From Balamuthia mandrillaris (taxonomy: Eukaryota), in contig JAVKOQ020000109.1 in NCBI GenBank assembly GCA_031835245.2, forward strand, positions 1 to 64,000: 64,000 bases of DNA, written 5' to 3'. Within the stretch, counting starts at the first letter, position 1. Each line of letters starts with the position of its first letter. Of this stretch, positions 1-13,146 are shown in pieces. The notes beneath the pieces were generated by a model. It worked only from the letters and a program-made list of their open reading frames with translations, had not been told where the DNA came from and did not search any database. A program made the position numbers and the translations under genes.

Positions 1-179
1 ACTGCAGAATTTTTCCTCTAAAAATCGTGCCGCAGGACCTGGCACTAACCCAAATATGGGTTTTTTGGCTCTTTTGCCATTACATTGGCATTTGTTGTAG
101 ACAAAGCCACGAAAAAAAAAACTCTAAAAAACGATAAAAAGGGGGAAAAGAAGAAAGGGAAGACACGACGCGATCGACG

Positions 180-665
180 ATGGAAGAAGAACAACAACGA
201 CAACAAAGACAAGGAGCGGGGGTGTTTGTCGCTGAGGAAGACATAAGCTATTTTGTGTTTAGCTGCCTATGGCAGGAGATTTGTAAGAACCTGACTCAAG
301 AGCCACGAAAGCTTCCAGTTGTTGTTGCAGTAGTGGTACCTCCGCCCTTTCATGCTTTTGTTTGGGGAACAACTGAGTCCGTGCACTACAAGACGGAGGA
401 ACAGTTTCAGGCTTCACCGTTCCCATTAAACATGAGGAGAAAAAACTTCACGGATGGCGGCTATGCAGAGCTCACGCCCGAAGTAACGGTGTCCTACGAT
501 TTCAAGAGGCTCAGGACAAAAATCAGCCTTCGTTACCAAGTTTTCAATGCGCATGGCACACTGCAGTGGCCACATGAGTTTAATGAACAGGTATGCTTGC
601 TTTTATTGCTCTCTTATATATCTCTGAAGGTCGGGAAAATGCTCAAGATTTCTCTCTGCCCATGA
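180..665 (+). CDS. Uncharacterised small ORF inside the transposon, convergent with the transposase
   Basis: ATG-initiated ORF of globular-looking composition, with a possible in-frame GT-AG intron at 591-629. Its 3' end overlaps the transposase stop region. Confidence 0.45.
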   Translation: MEEEQQRQQRQGAGVFVAEEDISYFVFSCLWQEICKNLTQEPRKLPVVVAVVVPPPFHAFVWGTTESVHYKTEEQFQASPFPLNMRRKNFTDGGYAELTPEVTVSYDFKRLRTKISLRYQVFNAHGTLQWPHEFNEQVCLLLLLSYISLKVGKMLKISLCP

Positions 666-2869
666 CCTTTCACCTCTTTGTGTAGCACCTTGAACTTTTG
701 CTACAACGGGAGAGGCAGCGGCAGCGGCAGCTTCAGCACAAAGCGCTTGCCTTTCAAGGAGCTGCTGTGGAAGAGAACAATCACCGGAATTGATTCCCGC
801 GAAGCCTTGTGTTGACTGCGTCATCATCCGCTTGAGATCGGCGTGCGTGGTTTCAATGCCAAAGTTGCTGAACTTTTCGACCGAGCCTTCTCTTTCTCGC
901 TCCAGCCAGTAGCCAAGGTGGTCAACAAACACGTGAATGTATGTAGTAACATCCCTTCCATTCCATGCCTGAATAAAGGCTTGCAAAAACACCTTTGCCT
1001 CTTGCTTCCATTCCTCATCCGTGATGCTCAGCTTTTCCTGCATTGCTAAACAGGCTGTTCGATGGAAAGCTGCCCAAACCTGACGAACTCGTGGAAGTGT
1101 TGTTCGAATTGGTGCTCTTCTAGGCATGCCTTCCTCAAGGTCTGCTAAAATGAACGTGTGATTTTCAAGGATGATTAAATGTTCACGTCTGTTGAGCCTG
1201 CTGTCTTTAATCCTCTTCTTGAAACCAACTCCAGAAGCTGCTGGAATAAGGTAAATCCCAATTCCAGCCATTCGTTCAACAAAAAGTTGTTGTAACCTTG
1301 GTCGTTCTGCTGCGAGCTCAATTGTCTTATTGATGAGTTTGCGAACTACGCCCATTAATAGGTGAAGAAGATCTGGAATAACTTGCATTGGATTTAAAAA
1401 CAACACAGGTTCAAGCACCTTTTAGCAAACAAGACCACCAACAAAAGTCAGAAGAGCAAATAGAAACAAAAAACAACACAAACCTGTCCATGATGATCTG
1501 TCGCTTTTGATCTCCTTGTTGCCTCTTCCCAGTTGATAACTGCTTTCCAATCATTTTTGACATCCTCTAAGGTACGAAAGCGAGTTTCTTCTGCTGAGAG
1601 TTCACCTTGTGCTAACTGCTGCTTTGTGACATTGCACCAAAAACAGCGACAGGTAGAGTTGCTGCGATAGAATTGATACATGCCACTAAAAACAGCCAAG
1701 GCCTTCAAGTCAACCACAATGTATGGCCACAGGTGCACCAATTCACCAGAAGAAGAAGTAAGTAGCACACCCTTTTCTATCCAGTCGTTGAGCACTGCTC
1801 GTTGATCACCAAGTTCTCTGATTAATGTTTCTCCATCTTCGTTTCCTAAATACAACAGCCAAGGATGACAGTTGTGTGACGATTTGAGCGCCTTCAATGT
1901 GGATTTCTTGCTTATGAACTCCATCGTCCCAACTTCCATTTGTAGATGAGTTTTTTTGGCTGCTGTAGATCCATCAAAGGCAAGCTTTAAAACAGGTCGA
2001 TCTGCTGCTTGAAGTTTAGAAGATGAAAAGAGTTGCTGTACAAACTCTTTCGGCTGGTACATACTTCCTTTTCCACCTTTTGTTGCAACCAATTCCTTCT
2101 TGTTTAACAACTCACATTGCTTCTTTCGAACTTGATGTAGGCTTGCTTGTTTTGATAGCTTGAAAATATGAACAACCAACTCCCAACAACGATCTGGTAT
2201 ACGCAACACATTCTTCAACCAGACAAGGTCTGTCACACAAGGTTGATAAGTAGATGTAGAGAGGTTTGCTTGTAGCCATCCTTCAATCACTGGAGAAGAG
2301 TGAATAATGGCAGCCACTCCTAATACTACATCAACTTGGAGTGCTCCTTCCACTGCTGCTTTTGCTACAGCTACTCGCACGTTTCCTTCAACATCCCAAG
2401 TCACCTTCGTTTCAATCGCCTCCATGATGTCTTGCTTAGCTTCTTCTATTTCTTCTTCGCGTTGCTTCTTCACTTCTTCCTTTGCCTGCTCTTGCTTTTC
2501 CTTCTCTTTTCCCTTTTCATCCTGGCGGGTGGCTATCTCCTTACAACGGGCACAGGAATCAGGTGAGCAGGTATGTTGAACTGTTGCTTCATGCTCTCTT
2601 CTTGACTCTTCTGATTTGTAACGTTTGCCACAAACAGAGTGACGGCACTCGAACCTCAGGTCGTTTGGGTTCTTCTTTCCAAGTCGATGGTTTTCCCATC
2701 GCTTGCAGGTTGTGCAATTAGTTGCATTACACGTATGCCCTCCTCCTCCCTTGCGCCTTTCATGTCGATTGAGGGTGGAGGTATCCTGTGCAACAAACCG
2801 TTGTGGTGAACAGTAGAGGTGCTCACAAACATAAGGCGGTTGGCGTTTGACTCTTTTTGCACGTGGCAT
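603..2869 (-). CDS. RAG1-core/Transib/Chapaev-like DDE transposase with N-terminal Cys/His zinc modules (~733 aa; exons 2869-1484 and 1418-603)
   Basis: A GT-AG intron at 1419-1483 joins the two ORFs in phase. Motifs in order: LKLAFDGS (D1), IVVDLKAL (D2), CFWC, PDLLHLLMG, TTYIHVFVDH, FSNFGIETTH (E). They parallel RAG1 DG / DEK / CTLC / DALH / YFHKTLAH / EGNE. Confidence 0.85.
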
Positions 2870-3572
2870 GTTTGTGTTGTTTTGTTTTTTGTTTTTTTTT
2901 GTTTATCGCTGTAAATAAAAGTTAACTTAACCTTTATTTCTTGGAAAAATGAAGTTGGTGCCAGATCCTAAAAATAATGTACTAAAATTATTTCACCCAA
3001 TTTTCCCTGTTTTTCACTATCAAATCGTCGACAAAAATACATTCTTGTCGACCAGGAACTGGCACTCTTGCAGTGTTGCTTCATGCTCTCTTCTTGACTC
3101 TTCTGATTTGTAACGTTTGCCACAAACAGAGTGACGGCACTCGAACCTCAGGTCGTTTGGGTTCTTCTTTCCAAGTCGATGGTTTTCCCATCGCTTGCAG
3201 GTTGTGCAATTAGTTGCATTACACGTATGCCCTCCTCCTCCCTTGCGCCTTTCATGTCAATTGAGGGTGGAGGTATCCTGTGCAACAAACCGTTGTGGTG
3301 AACAGTAGAGGTGCTCACAAACATAAGGCGGTTGGCGTTTGACTCTTTTTGCACGTGGCATGTTTGTGTTGTTTTTTGTTTTTTGTTTTTTTTTTTTGTT
3401 TATCGCTGTAAATAAAAGTTAACTTAACCTTTATTTCTTGGAAAAATGAAGTTGGTGCCAGATCCTAAAAATAATGTACTAAAATTATTTCACCCAATTT
3501 TCCCTGTTTTTCACTATCAAATCGTCGACAAAAATACATTCTTGTCGACCAGGAACTGGCACTCTTGCAGTG
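2584..3572. repeat. Tandem duplication of the transposon right end (2584-3075 and 3076-3572)
   Basis: Two near-identical ~492/497-bp units; the identical 68-aa shadow ORF appears at 2656 and 3148. The junction is TGCAGTG|TTGCTTCATG. Confidence 0.95.
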
Positions 3573-4107
3573 ATGCCCCCTGGAAAAAAATTACTTTGCT
3601 GTTGGCGTCGAAATCCCAACGGGAATCAGCGCCCAGTGGCTGCACAGTCATCAAATTGGTGACGTGGAGGGTTGTCGACTGATTTTCGTCCGTTTTTGCC
3701 CAACAAAAAAAGGGAAACAAAAAACCAAAAATTCTTCTGGCCAGAACAACGGCGTTGAAGGGGCGGTGAGCTGCTACTCCAATTTAAAAAAAAAAGGGGG
3801 GAGCGAAAAGGAAAGCGACAGAGAGAGAGAGAGGTTAGACAAATAGGACAAGCCAAGAAGAAAAAAGAAAGAAACCAAGCGTGTTTGTTTCCGAGAGGGT
3901 CTTGTCACTACTGCTACTTTTGTTATTTACTTTGAGCAGGTGAGCAGCGATTTGAACTGTGTGTGTGTGTTTTTTTTTTTGTTATTGTTGGTTGCCCCAA
4001 AGATTTGATTTTTCTGGGGGTCTTTCTCACCCTCGCTCACATCCCACTTCTTTGTTTGTTTCACACTTCCTTACACTCCAACCAGCAGAAGAAGAAGGGG
4101 AAAATAA

Positions 4108-6978
<2,871 letters not shown>

Positions 6979-7127
6979 AGCTAGGAAGAAGGAAGAAAGG
7001 AAGAAGGAAAGACAGAACAGGAAAAAGCGGACGAACAACAACAACGAAGTTTACCAACACTTGTTTAACCTAACAAACGAAACAATGGGTGAGTTTTTGT
7101 TTTTATTTTGTTTTTATTCTTGTGTTT

Positions 7128-10069
7128 TCATCCTTCCTTGTTTTCTTTATCTTCTTCTTCTTCTTGTTCCTCCTCCTCTTTGTCAACTTCTTCTTCGACG
7201 TCTTCAACGGCGGTAACGCCGAGAGCGATGGCTTTCTTGTCTCTCCTCTTCTTTCTTTTGGTTTTCTGGATGCTGTTGTTGTGGGTGTTGGTGGAGGAGC
7301 GGTGCCGTGCTGCTTGGTTGGGCAAGCTGGTGGACGTCGACAGCGTGTTGCGATAGACCGCCCACCAGTCCTTACTTACAAATGTACAAAACACCAACCA
7401 TCCTGTTGTGTGGAGAAGAAGACGAAGAACAAGAAGAAGAATAAGTAGGAAAAGCAGCAGAGAAAGAAGACGAAAAGCACAAAGCAAAGAAGAAGCAGAA
7501 CGCGAAGAAGAAGAAGAAGAAGAAGAAGAAGAAGAAGAAGAAGAAGAAGAAGAAGAAGAAGAAGAACAAGAAGAACAAGAATAAGTACAGAGAAGGGTGC
7601 AGAAAAGAGAGGAGAAGAGCAAAGCATGGAAGCAGAGAAACGAACCGAGACTGGACACTCCGATGGCTCGCAGGAAGACGAGAGGATAGTTGCTGACATC
7701 CTCCTCCAAGTGGCATTGATCCTTGTTCTCCTTGCCAAACTGAGCAGGGAAATAGAGGCAAGCCAAATAGTCAGCATACCCTTGCTCCACCTCCTCTTTG
7801 CTGGTCTGCACACGAATGGAATGGGCAAAGATGAAGCTGTACACCAGGAGGAAGACCAGGACAAAACAACCCACTCTCAGGTTGCTTTTCAGCAGCTCCG
7901 TTCTTCCGGTTTGAATGATGACGGTGGTGATCTTGATGATGCAGAAGAGGAAGCTGAGGGTGCCGAGCAAGAGGCAGATGCTCATCGGCGCTGCCCAGAA
8001 CAACCAAAAGAAGACTTCCCCTCCTTCATCCACGCTCACAAAGCAACTGACGAAGAAAAGAGGTTAGAAGCCGAGCACCATGGACGTAAGAAGAAGAAAA
8101 AGAAGCCAGAGGTCAGAATGATGGAAGATAAGAGATGGAGGAGAAGGAGATGAAAGAGGAGAAGGGGGAGGAGGAGGGAGGAGGAGGAGAAGAATACAAG
8201 GTATCTCCAGAAGCGAAAACGATCTTGTCAGCAACAGCAGGAATGAAGGCAAAGAGGGCAGAGAGCCCCCAAGCCAGGGAATGAAAGAGAATCTGCAGCT
8301 TGATGTTCAGGTTCTCTTTCCATTTCTTGGGGAGCAACTCGTTCAGCCACAAATGGATCACCATGTTGATGGCTATCACAAACCACCTGTTGGGTGTGAA
8401 ACGCGTTAGGACATAAACCACTGAAGGAGAGAAGTTGTTGTTAAACAAATGGCAAGGGATGGAGGCGCGTACCAGAAAGTGGCTCCAAGAATGCCAAACA
8501 TGAGCAAGAATCCTGTTGTCATCCACCAGCAGAAAGGTCAAAAGGACGCCACAAAGAAGAGTTTTTGAACCACAAGAGCTATGAGAAAGCGAGAAGAAAG
8601 CAGAGAAGAAGGAAAGGAACGTAAGAGGAGGAACCTTGAAATGTACACAGTGGATTCTTGACAAACAAAGAGTCAGCATCCTTCACTCCAGTTCCTGTGG
8701 AGGACACTGTAATGCCGAATGAATAGACCTCATCGCCGCACCACACCTGCTCTTCTCCGATCATGGTGGCCAAGCAGAGGCCTCCCGCTGCAACGTTGGC
8801 GCTGATGGCCACCATCACCACCAAGTTGGCTGGAAACTTTCGAAGCGTTGGGCTCAGGAAAAACGTTACTCCCATCACCGACGTTGTTGCCTGTGGTATG
8901 TTTGTTGGCGTACACGGGCAGAAAGCAAAGCAAGGAATAAAAAAAGATTGAAAGAAACGATTCATGAAGGAAAAAGGGTAAGGAAAGAAAGCAAAGAAGC
9001 AAAAGAAAGAAGGGAAAGAACGAGTACAAGTGAAAGCCATGCAAACACAGCTTGAGCGAGCTTCACATCCTCATACTCGTCCTCCGAAAAGGTTGGCAAT
9101 GGACATTCAAACGCACATCCGTTGCCATCATCGTCGTTCACCAACGGCTCTTGGCAGCTCAGCTCCATGACCCCTGCTTTCGGAGCATTGCACTGCAACA
9201 AGAGGTCACCGTAAAGAGGAGAAGAGACGTTGTAATGGTCGTCATTGGGGAAGAAGCGAGTGTGGTTGGCGTAAAGGTCGGTTATGTCGCAAGAAAAGTT
9301 GCGGATCATCTCCCGTTCGGGAAGGAATGCCACAGTTCCTGAGGATATGTTTGTCCCTTCGAGAATAGTTCCACAGTGGTGCACTGGAAGCTACATGTGT
9401 GAGAGAGAGAACAGAGAAGAGAGGAGAGAAGAACGCACAAAGGTCTGTACAGAGGTCAATGCAAGGTTGAACGGGCCATGCTACGGTCTCTGTAGGGCAA
9501 ACCGAGTTAGAAAAAGGAGAAGAAGGAGAAGAAGGAGAAGAAGAACACGAAGAAGGAGCAGCAGAAGAACGAAGGAGAAGAACAAGCAGACAAATTGGGG
9601 AGCAAGAGGAAGAACATCAAGGGGACTTAAATGACGAAAACAAGAAAACCATTGAGAGAATTGCGAGCACATGGACGAAAATGTGTGGCGCAGGAGATCT
9701 TGGTCCCTGCTAGCCGGCATTCAGGGAGGAAGCCGTCGTCCCCTTTGTTGATAATTATGTTTTGCAGGCTTCGAACCCGGTTCACCAAAAACTCCCAACT
9801 CACATCTCCAGCAATGAATATCGGAAGTCCCTCTTCAAACATCAAAAAAACATCTTTAGGAGAGCTATGGCAAGAACAGAAAACAAAAGAACAAACAAAC
9901 CAGGATAGCCCAAAATACCAGCACAACCAGAGACTTCTCCGCTCTTGAATGGGGCACAATAAGGGTCATGCAAGTCGTCGGTCCAGGAGGAACCCTTGCC
10001 TCCCCCAAAACACACCACCGCAGTTACCAGCAACCCGAAAGTTACTTTCGAGAAGCATAACCGTTCCAT
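7128..10069 (-). CDS. Frizzled/Smoothened-like GPCR, copy A
   Basis: Signal peptide, Cys-rich Fz domain (CAPF...CATHFRPC...QPCIDLC), then 7TM segments (FPANLVVMVAIS, CTFQG, FHSLAWGLS); multi-exon. Confidence 0.85.
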
Positions 10070-10236
10070 ACCTGCGGTTTCTTCTTTTCGTGTCTCTTGT
10101 CGATAACAGCAGAATAACAACGTTCGTGGAAATTGTTTCCAAAAGGACAATATGAGACTGATGCTATATTGATTTATTATTGTTACCATTGGTTGCTTTC
10201 ATTTCTAGATAAATGAAAAAGTCTGATTAAGACTGT

Positions 10237-12769
10237 TCATTCGGTTTGGGATCCGTTTGCTGCTTCTTCATCTTCATCGGCGGGGTCCAACACGGTGGTA
10301 CCCAAGCGAATGGCTTTCATTTCTCGTTTCCTGTCCTTCTTCTTCTTTCTTTTGTTTGATCGATGGCTGTTGTTGGTGTTGGAGGAACCCCCTCTTTTGT
10401 TGTTTGCCATGATGCCGGAGGACGATGAAATGCTGTCGCGGTAGACCTTCCACCAGTCCTTGCTCACAAATGTACAAAACACCAACCACCCTGTTTTGTT
10501 GTTCGTTTGTTTTTAGTTAAGGATGAGGAAACACAAAAAGAGCAAAGCATGGAAGAAGAGAAACGAACCGAGACTGGACACTCCGATGGCTCGCAGGAAG
10601 ACGAGAGGATAGTTGCTGACATCCTCCTCCAAGTGGCATTGATCCTTGTTCTCCTTGCCAAACTGAGCAGGGAAATAGAGGCAAGCCAAATAGTCAGCAT
10701 ACCCTTGCTCCACCTCCTCTTTGCTGGTCTGCACGTCAATGGAATGGGCAAAGATGAAGCTGTACACCAGGAGGAAGACCAGGACAAAACAACCCACTCT
10801 CAGGTTGCTCTGCAGCAGCTCCGATTTGCCTGTTTGAATGATGACGGTGGTGATCTTGATGATGCAGAGCAGGAAGCTGAGGGTGCCGAGCAAGAGGCAG
10901 ATGCTCATCGGCGCTGCCCAGAACAACCAAAAGAAGACTTCCCCTCCTTCATCCACACTCACAAAGCAACTGAAGCCAGAGGTCAGAATGATGGAAGGAA
11001 AGAGATGAGGAGAAGACGGGGATGGAGGAGAAAGGAGGAGAAGAATACAAGGTATCTCCAGAAGCAAAAACGATCTTGTCAGCAACAGCAGGAATGAAGG
11101 CAAAGAGGGCAGAGAGCCCCCAAGCCAGAGAGTGAAAGAGAATCTGCAGCTTGATGTTCAGGTTCGCTTTCCATTTCTTGGGGAGCAACTCGTTCAGCCA
11201 CAAATGGATCACCATGTTGATGGCTATCACAAACCACCTGTTGGATGGGAAGCATGTTACAGCTTCATGATCATGAAGCTAACTGCTGAATGAGAGATGT
11301 TGGTGAAGGCTGAGATATAGTACCAGAAAGTGGCTCCAAGAATGCCAAACATGAGCAAGAATCCTGTTGTCATCCACCAACAGAGGTCAGTTGAAAGGAA
11401 AGAGCGATTTGAACAGCACGCTTTGAGAAGCGAGAAGCGAACAGAGTACGCATTGAGAACGAGGAGAGAACCTTGAAATGTACACAGTGGATTCTTGACA
11501 AACAAGGAGTCAGCATCCTTCACTTCCGTGGTGGCGGAGGATACCGTTGCTCCAAAAGCATAGACTTCATCGCCGCACCACACCTGCTCTTCTCCGATCA
11601 TGGTGGCCAAGCAGAGGCCTCCTGATGCAATGTTGGCGCTGATGGCCACCATCACCACCAAGTTGGCTGGAAACTTTCGAAGCGTTGGGCTCAGGAAAAA
11701 CGTTACTCCCATCACCGATGTTGTCACCTATTGTTTTGTTAACTGAAAGAAAGAAAGCAAAGAAGCAAAAGAAAGAAGGGAAAGAATGAGTACAAGTGAA
11801 AGCCATGCAAACACTGCTTGAGCGAGCTTCACATCCTCATACTCTTCCTCCGAAAAGGTTGGCAATGGACATTCAAACGCACACCCGTTGCCATCATCGT
11901 CGTTCACCAATGGCTCTTGGCAGCTGAACTCCAAGACCCCTACCTTCGGAGCACTGCACTGCAACAAGAGATCGCCGTACAGAGGAGAAGAGATGTTGTA
12001 ATGGTCGTCATTGGGGAAGAAGCGAGTGTGGTTGGCGTAAAGGTCGGTTATGTCGCAAGAAAAGTTGCGGAGCATCTCCTTTTCCGGAAGGAATGCCACG
12101 CTTGCTGAGGATAAAACAGACCCTTCTTGAATATTGCCACAATGGTGCACTGGAAAGCAACATGTGTGAGAGAAGAGCGACAAAAGAGAGAACAGGGAAG
12201 AACGCACAAAGGTCTGTACAGAGGTCAATGCAAGGTTGAACGGGCCATGCTACTGTCTCTGTAAGAGACGTTAAGTAAAGATCGGAAATCAGCAGGAATG
12301 AAGAAGAACAAGAACAAGAAAGAGAAAGAGAAAAACCGTTGAGCGAATTGCGAGCACATGGGCGAAAATGAGTGGCGCAGGAGATCTTTGTCCCTGCTAG
12401 CCGGCATTCCGGGAGGACGGGGCCATCGCTGTTGCTGATGATAACGTTTTGCAGGCTCCGAACCCGGCCCACCAAAAACTCCCAACTCACGTCTCCAGCA
12501 ATGAATATCGGAAGCCCCTCTTCAAACAGAGAAAAAAAAATATTAAAGCGACAAAACGAAAATAAAACTAAGAGCAGAAAACAAAAGAACAACGAACCAG
12601 GATAGCCCAATATGTTAGCGCACCGAGGGATTTCTGCGCCCTGGAATGGAGCACAATAAGGGTCGTGCAAGTCATTCGTCCAGGAGGTACCTTCGCCTCC
12701 CCCAAAAAACACCACGAAAGCTACTAGCAACCCGAGGGTTACAGCCTGCAAGTGGCGTAGCCGCTCCAT
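10237..12769 (-). CDS. Frizzled/Smoothened-like GPCR, copy B
   Basis: Same exon series and motifs as copy A. Confidence 0.85.
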
Positions 12770-13146
12770 ACCTCCTGTTTACGCCTTGCTGTTCTTCTTA
12801 TTATACGAACGATCGTTCGATGATAGAATAACAACCTTCGTGGGAAGTGTTTCCAAAAGGATAATGGACGCTTTAAGTTATAATGACCGATAAAGGTTAA
12901 TACGGAAGACCGGTTGTTAATGAAAATGATCGGAATAGGTTGAGTGGTGACGAGTTCCCCTTCTGGTTTTCCTTGAAACATAGCGCAGATAGGGTTTCCG
13001 TCCTGCTTGAGCCAAGGAGTACTAGGGGCGTTGTGTAAGCAAGAACTTAGGCAGCCTCTTTTCAAAAGTACACAACCCGCTCAGCCAATATTAACGGAAC
13101 ATTATAGTTGATTGGTGTAACATTACCTTTTTTATTTGGGGTATTC

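Larger units (their letters stand above)
1..3572 (-). mobile_element. Cut-and-paste DNA transposon of the CMC/Chapaev-Transib-RAG (CCHH DDE) clade
   Basis: The window begins ACTGCAG (the first C of CACTGCA would lie 1 nt outside). The right end reads ...CTTGCAGTG at 3572 and again at 3075 (reverse complement CACTGCAAG). A DDE transposase lies between. The TSD cannot be checked because the left flank is missing. Confidence 0.75.
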
